Notes: generated by a model from the sequence alone, not told the origin. 63,514 bases of DNA, filler included, from Asterionella formosa (GCA_002256025.1; 22 parts of 22 records of this genome joined end to end with filler, not necessarily neighbours in it), one strand, 5' to 3'. Counted from the first letter of the whole stretch, positions 10,801 to 22,063 are shown. Numbers and translations: made by a program.

Positions 10801-12055
10801 TTGTGGAAAACGCTTGAATGGCAGCTGTGACACCTCGTTCGTAAATGTCTTGCCCATCCACATCTGGTGATGCATCTCTTGACATGACTGGCGGTAGGTT
10901 GGTCGGTGGGACAGCTGCTGTTGTTGTGCTAGTCAATCCTGCGAGAACATCCAAAGTTTGTTGAGCAGCATCCTTCCATGTGGTTGTTTTGTACAAATGA
11001 ACCGATAAGACAGTCTTGGGACAAGTACATCGATCCACTTCCATCATGACATCATTTGTAGTAGTAGCAGTAGTGGCGTCATGGCGTGTATCTGACACTG
11101 TTCGTCTCAATTCAACAGCTGGTAATATCCATAATCCCATTCCAAATTCTTGCCATTCGTTCTCTGATGGTAGTAATACTGTAGTTGAATCAAATCGTTC
11201 CCCTCCATATACATGTGACGAGGGAGGTAATGAATCAATTATATTCCATAGTTGAACATAATCATCATTAGTAGCAGCAGTGGTCGAAGAACTACCATAA
11301 TGTGTATATGCAGCTCCAATAACAGCAGCTTCCATGGATTGATCGGCGGTACCAAAGTACAAGACAGGATGATGTTGTTGCTGACTTTTTTTGTTGCTGT
11401 TATTGTTGTTTGTGTGAAATGTAGTTTGTTGATGCAGCCAACAGAGTGGATCCACGGAATGGGAAATTTCATGTTCAATTCGCAGTATGGAAGGTGAAGT
11501 AGATGATGATGATGATGATGTTTGATTACTTGCCACTTTCTGCTTCCACACCACCGGTAGTGCACTATTATTCGTATTGTCATTTTCAATGATATGTTGC
11601 AATGCATCACGTAGTAAATCCAAAACAACAAAGAGGGGCTTATGAATGTCGCTTCCATTCAAATGATCCGATCCAAAGTAATCATTTTGAATAATTTGGT
11701 ACGGTGTTAGAACCAAACCACCACTGCCATTATCATCATTATTAAGTGGTGGGGGTTGAAAATTAGCAGTCGTCGCTGTTGTTGCTGCTGCTGCTGCTGC
11801 TGTTGATGTAGTTGCAGCATCGTTCTGAATGTTGTGCTGGAATAACGCAGTGTTTCGTCCAACAGGATGACTCCCAGCTCCAGCGGCGTGTCCTTTCATC
11901 GTCAGTGTCGAAAACGATGTTGTTGTCAATGCCCAACAGCATGATAGGAATACTGTAGTAGTTGTTGTAGCAGTTGTTGTTGTGGCAGTAGCAGTAGCAG
12001 TAGCAGTATGAGTCAGAATAATCCAAAGAGAAGAAAGACCAGAAAGAAGCCTCAT
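4847..12055 (-). CDS. PHYLLO: PHYLLO-like multifunctional phylloquinone biosynthesis protein: MenF-MenD-MenH-MenC plus C-terminal SRPBCC/polyketide-cyclase domain, 2402 aa, intronless
   Basis: MenF motifs TEALAGT, HPTPAVCG, YAGAGIV (about 11500-9960). MenD motifs CPGSRSTPL, DERGAGF, NRGASGIDG, GDLASLHD, NNDGGGIF (about 9930-8020). MenH motifs LLHGWMG, GYSLGGR, GELD, GHA (about 7910-6970). MenC motifs KVKVG, DAN, EEP, DES, KP (about 6780-5540). START-like WSPWL..W..V..WES..G.V.F (about 5420-4900). N-terminal signal plus Thr/Ser-rich transit region. Confidence 0.93.
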   Translation of the reverse strand: MRLLSGLSSLWIILTHTATATATATTTTATTTTTVFLSCCWALTTTSFSTLTMKGHAAGAGSHPVGRNTALFQHNIQNDAATTSTAAAAAATTATTANFQPPPLNNDDNGSGGLVLTPYQIIQNDYFGSDHLNGSDIHKPLFVVLDLLRDALQHIIENDNTNNSALPVVWKQKVASNQTSSSSSSTSPSILRIEHEISHSVDPLCWLHQQTTFHTNNNNSNKKSQQQHHPVLYFGTADQSMEAAVIGAAYTHYGSSSTTAATNDDYVQLWNIIDSLPPSSHVYGGERFDSTTVLLPSENEWQEFGMGLWILPAVELRRTVSDTRHDATTATTTNDVMMEVDRCTCPKTVLSVHLYKTTTWKDAAQQTLDVLAGLTSTTTAAVPPTNLPPVMSRDASPDVDGQDIYERGVTAAIQAFSTTPLEKVVLARRSQLHFHNNNKHASTLSALDMLRKWKFGGSEGGHLFYLYPGGDREIKREFFGSTPERLFRISGRTVVTEALAGTRPRGSTPDADAQLSRDLYADPKDRSENEITGRFIRNQLVNANAMGLVQKDSSIVDDTSRYFVRRLRHLQHICQRFQCDLEVGVTAAQVSKFLLQGLHPTPAVCGFPPHEAMQFIRNMEAIAFDRGFYAGPFGYLGRDNAEVVVAIRSGLTSTPKARSAGMSSVSVYAGAGIVPGSTVQGEWSETSYKLNVISSLFPQSPITLSSSPTPNVAWATAFVEELIRCGVTQFYVCPGSRSTPLVAAISKALRTNVGIINAVSVHDERGAGFRAIGYSRATGRPAAVITSSGTAIANLYPAIMEAGMDAVPMLILTADRPYESRDTGANQAIDQMKAYSSSYVRWFRDIPPPSDDVPVSVVLSDANQGVTLSMELKGPVHLNIQFRENLAPDAGPIRSDNRVDSVTSFNSHKFTDTPAFQRWSTGGGKWLESFYKSGPSDYAVFSVATMIAESKRGIIVVGNVRSSDEQDEIADTISQFAEQIGFPIFAGVQSGNLRSRSSSVIPFAEHMLKHKAVALGTNPDFILQIGHPLISSEVPKMMKEAVAQKDVLVNHVLLHPHHPNERSDPDFLMSHRISADVIPFIRRVMKELQSNDNSCSSAVSPLILLGRQMQEKMPQLIHEASNTIVSKFLGSVSADVPTLTEPQIVISMAEAIGELNLPMSLFLSNSMPVRDGEFFLYPKRGGGLSRIGVNRGASGIDGIISSANGFSEGSERPTSLLIGDLASLHDINSFHALSDSKSSVASQRKAPITAVVVNNDGGGIFSFLPVAKHGKEVNFEDFFGTPTNSFSFQKGAEAFGLRYQEAHSSRSFSKCYKDALQSKVHNMLEAKVVSRELNVAVHAEISMLSSKLIDSLLAVSDECSQKLPAKFYSSTESSKDMSSRKDGKTLLLLHGWMGDKSEWDEVGLQLAQSLPFDWTVIAIDLPGHGDAPSLISSDSKMIRAALGLDPPSVELSMERIASTIMKTILHDYGVTRLDAVAGYSLGGRVALAMKGLCSICNSDDQLLLDDGTKLILLGVNPGPLPVTGSFVSSDVLRSHAVDGRKRKSADDALSEDLRRLFMRSRSISGQSSQRRAIWISFVEKWYRAPIWGNLKHRKPQVYQDMVRKRVATLDRRGNDLSSVLRDGSPGRQYTADWHQINAESTLFVAGELDLKYVEIGRQWASLFPALSATTIADSGHAVLVENSDAVGEAILKFVTESKPIKKTKEVAPNFKYRAFVPDAPSTMIPSIGKGGMTKNAVTTSIASISNEEIQPQYRSTNNFETASIANLEFEAFSIAMVGEEKDSGIRGIGWGERATVDTRSKQRSGFIIQLLSDDRSIIGIGEVSPLAGLHAESLSDAKHELVNLKNQLAGAKIIPEMLVDDILNMQGGLNTYIYGLLKALEIKTISPSVKSGLEMALLSFAAQIKRLPVLQAISGSGKELPLNGLIMRGSGQRVKNEQPMKYSSLKVKVGHQTAQDDATALTRALQETQKGGKIRADANRAWDDADAIHFASALEVLDVNVVRRIEFIEEPLQKVKTGKWSIAAQIEALERLYQHTGIKYALDESIADLVEVRNGDFVAIAAELNAVFDGSIFGCAAVVLKPALLGLELSMQLARLAYSSLGIGSIFSSSFDSGVGLAYTAFLAAATETTYAHGIGTYSMLASDTLSPSFGSYVNEKGFLQVASLSRALYGLGLDEMRGSFSAVLPDEAPLTSDEGTDRYQASTATSSSGRELSVVVSLPLPFSDDIASARFTDLPQQSRWSPWLSSVAYLDADRETEWTLNVRGVCFCWRAVSDILEKPYRGIQWESISGLGNLGVVEFVPTSSDACLMKVRMTILVPRILATLFPGASVFLEDFLQNKLLKWSLEMFRDVVKGDLALERGEVELGDALFGAVEGRANAIEATLSLPLLNNPKTSTTEESE

Positions 12056-12651
12056 GATGATTATGACAACAACGATATCGAGATGATGAATTGATGTGGT
12101 CCACCCTATTCTAATCTATTCTATATTCATTAAGTTTTCTACTCAGCAGCGGCCGCACTCAGCCAATGAATTGACAACATCAATGGCCTTGCGGTAAGGA
12201 TGACGGTGTGAACGATGGATTGTGATGGCTTCCGCGCTATATACTGGTACCAGGTACAAGGTTCTCCGTTTAGCTGATTGTACCTGCTACAACCTTTTGC
12301 TATATAGGAACAGGTACATACCTGTAGGATTGTTGTTGAAGGAACGGAGATACGGGGCAGCAAACAGAAATGTACGTTCCATCAAAAATCTGCATGATGT
12401 ATATACATATGAATATATATAAATGTTTATCCTCAAATTATGTGGTATCCATGGCTCCACAAATGATCGGTTATACCATACATAACGGTACCGCAGTCAA
12501 AAACTGCTCAAGACTAATCACTAAATTACCCCGTTTTAGGACTAAAAGTAGAAAATGTTCAGCAGACCCCAATTTAAACCCTTTGAATAGAGGTCGACTA
12601 ATGCATGCAAGTACTAGATAAATGAATCATTTAAAAATTAGAACTATGTAT

Positions 12652-15190
12652 TGACCTATGGTACAGTATGTACAACGCTAGATATGATACTATATCATTA
12701 GATGGTATAAGTCCTATATAATGTTAACCTCATAGGCTCTTCTGTACAGACCATAAACTTGTTTACTCTCACTGTAGAGAGTTACACAATACACACTGTG
12801 TATGTATACCAGGTACCATGTCAACCCTAATGAAAGGTGTACCCTTTCATATTACGCACACGACTAGAGTTGACCTGACCAAACCGGCACCCTGACCAAT
12901 TTTGGATTTGACCTTGTGGTACAGCCCCCATAGAACTTCCATAGGATCTTGTATTATATTATCAGTTCATTCTATTATGGATATTTTTTCATTATTATAA
13001 ATGATTTCGAATGCTGCTGGCGCGCGCTACCCGAATCCGTCGTAAAAAGGTACACAATACCAGTACAACAATTTTTATGTACATCGCAAACTCAGTATTT
13101 TAGCGCACTGGTGGGTGAATGTTTATCATCTTCATTAATTTGCGTCACTTACTCTTCTTGCTCACTGCACATTCAATTGCAACAATCAAACCATGTCTGG
13201 GAGGCCAAAGACTAGGCAAGAACAGGAAAGGTTACATATGAGGGTGAGTAACAATGCCATTAAAAATGGATGTCCAGAATTATTGCAATGTGCTCATTTT
13301 CCTGTTTACTTGTTCTGTTAGATGGATTCCTTTATGGCGTGGACGACCTCCAAAGGATCAGTCTGATTTGTCTCACCAGAAACCAGTGACAGTAATAGCA
13401 AAAGCAGCAACCAAGGCCAAGAAGCGCAGCCATTCAGTGATTACAGAAGAAATGAATGATGTTGAAAATTTAGCAAGTCAATCTCTGGTTTCGAAGAAGA
13501 ATCATCGCGGTTGATACAAGAACTGGAACTTGCCTGGTAACATCAAAGTACTGTTGGAAGAATTGAACATCATGGGAGGGGGGAATGAGGCGAATATTGT
13601 GCGCACTCACAGAGTTCCAAGATCAATATTGTATGATGCAAGGAAACAACTGCAGGTTGCCAGTCCCAACAATAAGAATTTGGTCGGAATTGCAGCCATA
13701 GATATGCTTCACCCAACTTGTCATTCACCCAAATCCTTAGCAACATTGTCGGAAAGAGATGAGCTTCAAGGTATAGCTTGCTTCAGGGATAAAAACAACA
13801 ATGGGATGATGAGGAGGAAGGAGATAATTCTTTTAGTTATGGATTTTACTGGATGTTGTAATGGAAGCAAGCTGAGAATCACTTGGACTTTCTGATCCAT
13901 GCATGCTGGTAAGTTTCCTAATTTGAAGCATGGAGGTCGAACAGTTTCTGTACAGAAGACAACTACAAAGCATTCCCAGATAACAATTGAGCAACAGCTC
14001 CACTGGCATGGTAACATAGAATCTGTTTGGCAAGAGCAACTCCAACTGAACCATCCAACTGAGGAGTTAAGTGTTCTTAAAGCCCATTTTATGTGCAATG
14101 TCGATGAGACTGGCGTAATGGCAAACCTTGGGTCAATAAAAGTGATGGGAGACTTTTCAAAGAGAAAACAAGAAAAGAATACTGATGATTGTTGGGACTC
14201 AATTTCAATTGTTAGAATTGGCAATGCAGCAGGTTCCAGTCGTGTTCCGCCATGGATTGTTATTTTATCTGGCAAGAGAATGACAGTTAAACCTCTTCAA
14301 AATAATGAGGATACGATTGCTATGTGGACAAACAAGCAGCTCCAGGACATGTTGAGGTATTTCACTGACCCTCGACCAGTGAATGTCATGAAATTGGACA
14401 AAGAGAGATTGATAAATGCTGTTAGAGCATCTGTTTGTGTCTGTTGAGAGGAGAGGGCTACTGTCAACCCCATAGCATCAGTTTAAACTACTAAACTAGA
14501 GTCGAGAGAAGTTGAAGCACACTAGACTACATATTTGCATGTGATTCTACCGTGTTAAATATTTAGCTAGTACAACTACCATGCTTTTATTTGTTTTTAT
14601 TTCTCCCGTAGGGCGTGGTACTTGGCGAATTGGTAAGGATTCTGGGATTCTCGAAAATGGACGTTTTTGCGGAAACAACCATAACTTTATAAATATGCAA
14701 TCTTTTTTAAAATGGAAAAAAGTATTACATAGTACGAAGGGTCAGCTATCGATTACGCACTTTAAATTGCCGTTTTAAAGAAAATGGGGGGCACACGATA
14801 TTTAGGCCCAAGAGTGTGTTGAACAGGTCAGGTCAACTCTACCATGGTACCCATAAGAATATGTAGTACATATACATGTGCACGGGATTGATCAGGATTA
14901 GCACGTGATACTATATACTAGCTCGTAGTACATATTGCATTATGTACCCGCAGCTATATATGCTACGTTATAACTGTTGGTGTATATATGTACCTCTAGA
15001 ATAGACGCACATGACAATGCTAGGGTAACATGACACCTAGTAATATGGACTCTTGACGCCTAGTACGTACCCTTCTCATTAAGGCCCTTGTGAGTCCCCT
15101 TAACTATGAGCTAATATAGATACACTAATCATTAAGCTCATAATTACTACCCAGAACCTACTTGTTAAATCCCGACAACCGTAGGGCACA
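12652..15190. mobile_element. Solo LTR (about 565 bp once the nested insertion is removed), interrupted by a DNA transposon
   Basis: Begins TG (TGACCTATGG) and ends CA (GTAGGGCACA). Flanks TGTAT/TGTCT form a 5-bp TSD with one mismatch. Both halves align with 33655-34220. Confidence 0.75.
12867..14839 (+). mobile_element. pogo/Tc1-mariner superfamily DNA transposon, 1973 bp, decayed and internally deleted
   Basis: Perfect 14-bp TIRs GAGTTGACCTGACC (12867-12880) and GGTCAGGTCAACTC (14826-14839), TA on both sides. Broken transposase at about 13190-14300 with the pogo-type first-Asp motif CNVDETG and RIGNAAG. The element is absent from the second LTR copy. Confidence 0.88.
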
Positions 15191-15399
15191 TGTCTTGCGA
15201 TATCGAACTTTTTAACTCATTCATTTTGAATTTTAGTGATATTAAGCCATTCATATATTTTTCATCATGTATAAATACAATTTAATGGTAAATGGTTAGA
15301 AAATATTACCACGTTTTCCATGTTTTCTTCAATTTCTTGTGTCAACGGATGTCGATTTATTGTGCAAAGAACATAAAATGCTGTTCTGTCACCACAGCT

Positions 15400-16500
15400 T
15401 CATCCTCGTCATCATCCTCTCCATCTTGACTAATGAGGTCCCAGAAGTGGTCCTGCCATGAAAATATTTGGAATAGGAAAGGTCAAAGGTCATCTTTATT
15501 GCCAGCTCATCATCAGCTTCAATGTGAACCTAATGGGCTAAACGCACATGGTCCTCACTGAGCTTGGCGATATTTAAAAGTTCTTGTACCTAGTATGATC
15601 ATCTGCACAGTAATTACCCATCCTTGTGAGCTTCTTCTCCTTCACCATCTTCGCTTGGTGTTGCTTACTTTAGTCGCCATTCTTCTTGTCGCCCATGACT
15701 TGTTGCTTTTGAATAAAGGACATTGCTTTACTTTGTCTAAGCTTGTTGGCATCAAGCATTTGAGACTGTTGAGCTGCTTTTTCTTCCATTCGCCGCTCGA
15801 AAGACGAGTAGCTACAAGAGAAATATGTCAGCTTTTCTGTGTTTGTACAAAACTATATCAGTGCAAACGTCGAGAAAGCCTCGATTGTGGGCCACCAAAA
15901 TCACAGTATGATTGCTCATTTGCGTTGGTTAGCCATGCATGTCGACGCGTAAAGGTCCAAATGGTTCGATGCTTCATCCAGGAGCAGCAGATCACAAGGA
16001 ACAAACAAGGCATGTGCCAGCGCCAAGCGAATTCGCTAGCCACCAGATAAAGCTGATGATGGAGCCTTCTTCATAGACTTTGAAAACTTCAATCCAGTCA
16101 AGATTTCCATTGCTTTTTCTTGGGCTTGGTCTCTGACTTCATTAAATCTAGTTCTGCAACAAATTCACTCAGTCATGCTACCAAATCTTTGACATTGTGA
16201 ACTTGTTCCAAAAGTTGGGCCTCAGATTATTCTTGCTCTTTCAACAAAGCAACTCTGCTCTTATCAATTTGCAAAAGGCGTGCAAGAACGGTTTCATCGT
16301 CACCACCGTCCACTTGCTGATTGACCAATAGGATTAGTAAATCATGTGGAATCCAGGAAATAGCATGAGCTAATTCACCATGTCTTTTATTAGCCATGTT
16401 ATTGTGTCAACTTTGTCGGCTACAAATCTTGGGATAGCAACATTTGGTAACAAAGCTCCTCCATATTGTAAGCCTTTGTAGCGTCAAGTTCCGACAATGT
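15400..16500 (-). pseudogene. ABC-F family (GCN20/ABCF-like) ATPase pseudogene
   Basis: Manual translation gives EILTGLKFS..ALSGG*RIRLALAHALFVPCDLLLLDEASNHLDL..VAHNRGFLDVCTD (signature, Walker B, H-loop) and LILLVNQQVDG..TVLARLL. Several stops and frameshifts. Boundaries approximate. Confidence 0.82.
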
Positions 16501-17707
16501 TGTTAAGATAAGCAAAGCTTAACTCAGCAATCTTTATCTAGAGTCTTACAAATAACGCTGTACTTTGCTCAAGGTTTGGTGCTTCTTCGGTTCATTATAC
16601 TAAAAAGTACGATCCGAGCATAAAAAAATATGGTAGATTGTGATGGTCTCCAGAGTATTTCAGGATGCACATATGTTGACAGTACAAAATCACTTAATTG
16701 CTATGGTGCGAACTATCGTGCATGTTTAAATTGGGATGGTGCACACAATTGCGCCATAGAAATAATCCATCTAAAGAAAAGCATTAAATAAAGCTATATT
16801 AATTTGGAGTATAAAACTTTAACTAATATCGTATATGAATATATAATGTCGGCGAAGCTCAACGAGGTTAATTTATTTTCTTCCAATGTGCATCACTCAA
16901 CATTTTCGTGGTGTTTTATATCTCAAGAACTGGAACACAGCATCGATTGGGCGTTAAGACAGCCTACATGTACATGCGTCAAACAAATGATTTGTTCATA
17001 GTTAATATAGTTGTATCACTAAAATTGAAATAAGGTTTTAGTACAAGGTGTAAGATTACCCCATTATAGTGGTCTAAGCAGTTCATAGTGGTCTTAAGCA
17101 GTTTTGGACGCCGGGTACCTGGTAGTGTACATATATATTTAAAATCTTGTTTTTGTACACCGGTAGTTAATAGTTAATAGTAGCCATAGATACTGTTCTT
17201 AGAGCTGCTCTTATGGGTGAACCAAGGTTCCTCTCCCGGCGCCTTCCAGATGGCGAAATCGCATAACTTATTGTTGTACTAGAAATCTGTGGTACAAATA
17301 TGTACTACGCAATTCCGTACAATCTTCGATGGTGGGTTCAGCATTTCAGTCAAAACTTTATGGTCGCAAGAAATGACCCGCAACTCAGGACAGCACCACT
17401 CTTGCTTAAACTCTAAAATGACCAACTCCATAATTCCATAGAAATATAAGCCATGACATATTAGTAGTATGGCTGGGTGCATGATCGAAGAAGATATAGT
17501 AGCTCTCGTAGGCCTGGCTGGTACAAACCATTATTTCTAAAAATATAGCTAAATATTTTTTGCGCAATGAATCTCTTATTGTTACAACCATCACCATGTT
17601 GATTGCGCTCGGTTGGTTCCCTTTGCTTCCCTTCAGTGCCTTGTGTTTTGCGATGTAGTATTAGAATCGTGATCATAGCGCTGATCGGAAACCATACCGA
17701 AAAACTG

Positions 17708-18100
17708 ATGACATCAAACTTTCTTCAGTTGTTTGGACGATATTTTTCTTTGGTGATCATGGCGGAGTCATCACTACGTAGGCGCTGGATTCCGGCCGAC
17801 CTCCTCATTCACTACATGAACCAACAATACAACACTAGAAGCGACATACTATTGACTACGCGAACATTGATGACATACCTGAACAAGTGCTACCCTTCAA
17901 TGTCCTATGATCCCAATAGAATCACCAATCCAAGTGGCACAGTCGTGGATTTCTATAGAGCCAACTGTCAAGTCAAGAGCGTCCGCTACAACCTATTTTT
18001 CTTTTCTGAGCATGGTTCCCCTGCTTCTTTGTTTCCGTAGAACATTACTAATGTCGCTTCTGTTTTTAATAATAGCGTCACAACGCGACTAAAGCAAAGT
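17708..18100 (+). other. Coding-like fragment of unknown protein, truncated by the LINE fragment
   Basis: ORF MTSNFLQLFGRYF..RRRWIPADLLIHY with one in-frame stop at 18040, then an abrupt switch to GC-rich LINE sequence. Confidence 0.25.
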
Positions 18101-18972
18101 ATGGAGATGAAGCCAATGTCAAACAAGGAGGATTGCAACGGGAACGTGGCGGCTTCCCTTTCGGGTGTTACCCATCCGAGGGGGGGCCTCCACTCGCCGA
18201 AGCCGGCGGGAGGGACAGCCAACACCTGCCATTGATTTCATCACATATTGTGGTGAAACAGTGGCGGCTATCCCTCCTGCCAGGGTCCTCGACACATGGG
18301 ATATTTCGGACCACTTCCCAGTTGTTGCGGACCTACCTGGGCTTACCAGAATCACAGAGATGTGGATTGCCCCACCACGGCCGGAATCACTGTACCGGCG
18401 GATTGTGATGGAGGAGAAGGAACTCAAAGTAACCGCAACTGTGGCTAGTAGTAACTATTGGCAGCCACTAGCTGACTCGCTGGAAGAGGACCTGGAGGAT
18501 GTAATCGAGTGTTCACATTCACTTGAAAACCCCACCAGTTACCACCAGGAAAGGTTGGATGGTATGGCCAAGAAGTTCACTACAACATGTCACCAGGTGG
18601 CAGAGGACCTGAACCTCCACCAACGGGTGGCGGGACAAAACCCACCAAGAGTGACAGGACAGGTACGTCGGGCGATTGAGACCCGAAGGAGGATCTTCCG
18701 GGAAACCCGGAGGGCGGAGTCGCGAGGAGACCGTGAAGATGTAGCACGGCTTGGGGACATGTACAAGGCTGCCAAAGAGAGGGCGCGGAAGGTGATCCGC
18801 CTCTCGGGTAGGCGGGCATGGTATAAGGAAATTAGGGAGGCTCACGTCAATATGCGCGAGAAACCTCGCCATTATTGGCGGTGGGCCTCAGCGACTGCAG
18901 GATGGCGCCAGAAGAGCAGCATCGCAGGGGTCCAACCGGTCCTTGGCCCAGATGGACGCCTGCTGACAGCTT
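18100..18972 (+). mobile_element. Non-LTR retrotransposon (LINE) ORF2 fragment: end of AP endonuclease and linker to RT
   Basis: AIDFI and ISDHFPV endonuclease motifs, then the typical helical K/R-rich linker (YKAAKERARKVIR..W..KPRHYW). GC-rich; open to the contig end. Confidence 0.85.
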
Positions 18973-19072
18973 NNNNNNNNNNNNNNNNNNNNNNNNNNNN
19001 NNNNNNNNNNNNNNNNTTAATTAATTAANNNNNNNNNNNNNNNNNNNNNNNNNNNNNNNNNNNNNNNNNNNN

Positions 19073-21527
19073 TCTAAACTCAAGAGGGCAATTACTGCTG
19101 GACAGCCCTGCCTAGGAGCTTATTACGTCTGCAAATAAAAACTATCATATTTCCATGATGCATCATAGGATTATAATCATCTGATCATAATTTTTCGTTA
19201 TATCAGCCATCTAATAATTTTGATAAATGAATGGCTATTCTGGTTATGGAAGCCATGACAAAACTTATAGAGCGAAGGTCGGAATGCAAGTCATTACCTA
19301 CCAAGAGATGCATGTTAAAGGCAAACAACAACTACAAAGCATTCTACCAGATGACTATGGAGGATCTCCATGACAGTGACATTCCCGAGTATAGGCAAGT
19401 CGATAAAAAAAGATTCAAGACATCGTCTGCAAATAAAAACCATCATATTTCCATGATGCATCATAGGATTATAATCATCTGATCATAATTTTTCGTTTTA
19501 TCATCTAATAATTTTGATAAATGCCCTCGTAATTTAAATAGTAACCCTTTTGACGATGGAAATTCAATTATTATATGTATTGTTTCTTTTAGGTTCCTTT
19601 ATTTAAATTTCTTGGTAGGAGAATGTACCAGTGAAAGTAATGTGGTTTGGCTCATCATCCTCTCCAGTCCTCGCTCTGATTCTTGCAACAACGACAAAGC
19701 AGCCATGTCGAGAGGAACAAGTGTTTGTGATAAAATCTTCATTTGTCGTTCAAGTCATCATATGTCTTCGATGAATCATCATCTACATTGCACAGTATGT
19801 TCGTTCTATGCAATCCGTTAAGAGATTGAAAAGAAATCCAATGAAAACGAAATGGCTCATCACACAAGACGAATATTTCCGGTCGGTCTGTCACGAGAGC
19901 ATCAATCAGTGTTACAACCTCAATCATAGCTAGTAAACAACATCCATTATAGAACAGCACAATCTACTTCTCCGTAACATCGTCTCTCTAACAAGAACGT
20001 AATACATCTAGAATTGAAACGCAGTATAGCAGGCGATATGCACAAAGAAGCATGAGACTGTGCCATCTATTTATAGTAACAGAGTGATTCTGGTTTCGTA
20101 ATTTTCATGTCTCATTAGATTTTCTTTGTCATCGTACTAGTTCCTTACCTTTGAAGACAGGAGCGTAGCTATTCTTTGATGTATCTGGAATATTTCAATG
20201 GATGGCAGCAGTTGGATTTAGACACAAACCTCGACAAAAGCACTAGTANNNNNNNNNNNNNNNNNNNNNNNNNNNNNNNNNNNNNNNNNNNNTTAATTAA
20301 TTAANNNNNNNNNNNNNNNNNNNNNNNNNNNNNNNNNNNNNNNNNNNNTCTAAACTCAAGAGGGCAATTACTGCTGGACAGCCCTGCCTAGGAGCTTATT
20401 ACGTCTGCAAATAAAAACTATCATATTTCCATGATGCATCATAGGATTATAATCATCTGATCATAATTTTTCGTTATATCAGCCATCTAATAATTTTGAT
20501 AAATGAATGGCTATTCTGGTTATGGAAGCCATGACAAAACTTATAGAGCGAAGGTCGGAATGCCAGTCATTACCTACCAAGAGATGCATGTTAAAGGCAA
20601 ACAACAACTACAAAGCATTCTACCAGATGACTATGGAGGATCTCCATGACAGTGATATTCCCGAGTATAGGCAAGTCGATAAAAAAAGATTCAAGACATC
20701 GTCTGCAAATAAAAACTATCATATTTCCATGATGCATCATAGGATTATAATCATCTGATCATAATTTTTCGTTTTATCATCTAATAATTTTGATAAATGC
20801 CCTCGTAATTTAAATAGTAACCCTTTTGACGATGGAAATTCAATTATTATATGTATTGTTTCTTTTAGGTTCCTTTATTTAAATTTCTTGGTAGGAGAAT
20901 GTACCAGTGAAAGTAATGTGGTTTGGCTCATCATCCTCTCCAGTCCTCGCTCTGATTCTTGCATCAACGACAAAGCAGCCATGTCGAGAGGAACAAGTGT
21001 TTGTGATAAAATCTTCATTTGTCGTTCAAGTCATCATATGTCTTCGATGAATCATCATCTACATTGCACAGTATGTTCGTTCTATGCAATCCGTTAAGAG
21101 ATTGAAAAGAAATCCAATGAAAACGAAATGGCTCATCACACAAGACGAATATTTCCGGTCGGTCTGTCACGAGAGCATCAATCAGTGTTACAACCTCAAT
21201 CATAGCTAGTAAACAACATCCATTATAGAACAGCACAATCTACTTCTCCGTAACATCGTCTCTCTAAGAACAAGAACGTAATACATCTAGAATTGAAACG
21301 CAGTATAGCAGGCGATATGCACAAAGAAGCATGAGACTGTGCCATCTATTTATAGTAACAGAGTGATTCTGGTTTCGTAATTTTCATGTCTCATTAGATT
21401 TTCTTTGTCATCGTACTAGTTCCTTACCTTTGAAGACAGGAGCGTAGCTATTCTTTGATGTATCTGGAATATTTCAATGGATGGCAGCAGTTGGATTTAG
21501 ACACAAACCTCGACAAAAGCACTAGTA
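19073..21527 (+). repeat. Two near-identical contigs (19073-20248, 20349-21527), alleles or repeat copies
   Basis: Same start and end points; differ by a few SNPs and a 3-bp indel. Confidence 0.95.
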
Positions 21528-22063
21528 NNNNNNNNNNNNNNNNNNNNNNNNNNNNNNNNNNNNNNNNNNNNTTAATTAATTAANNNNNNNNNNNNNNNNN
21601 NNNNNNNNNNNNNNNNNNNNNNNNNNNTCTCCGTTTCGGAGCAGCTACAAATAGTCTACAGCAATAACCCTAACAAGTATGATATGTTGTTCTTGTATTC
21701 ACTGTTGAACTTGTCCGCATCTTTGTTAACATCAATAGAGCAACAAGTGGTTTTCTTTATTGTTATTTGCTCCTGGAAAAGTCGGTGTCCGTGTCATCCT
21801 CATCAATAGAGAGACAAGTTTTTACGCTGGAAAAATTGGAACTCGTGATATCATTATTCGCTCGTTGGAACCACTGTCCGTTGCCTCAAACCTGAATCAC
21901 GTGTGAGTATGTGCAATGTGCAATGTCGACTTTTGTACATTACAGGCGGAGTGACGTGTTAGCTACTAAATTGCGTGATATAATAATATACCCTGTAGCA
22001 TGATGCATAAAACAGTTCAAGTAATGTAATTTGGCTTGTCATTTCCATCCGTCATCACTCCGA

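Noticed and set aside
4881..11497. Many short plus-strand ORFs
   Set aside because: Antisense shadows of the PHYLLO CDS.
19073..21527. 1.2-kb tandem duplication
   Set aside because: Separate contigs with identical ends placed together by size; most likely alleles or assembly bubble arms.
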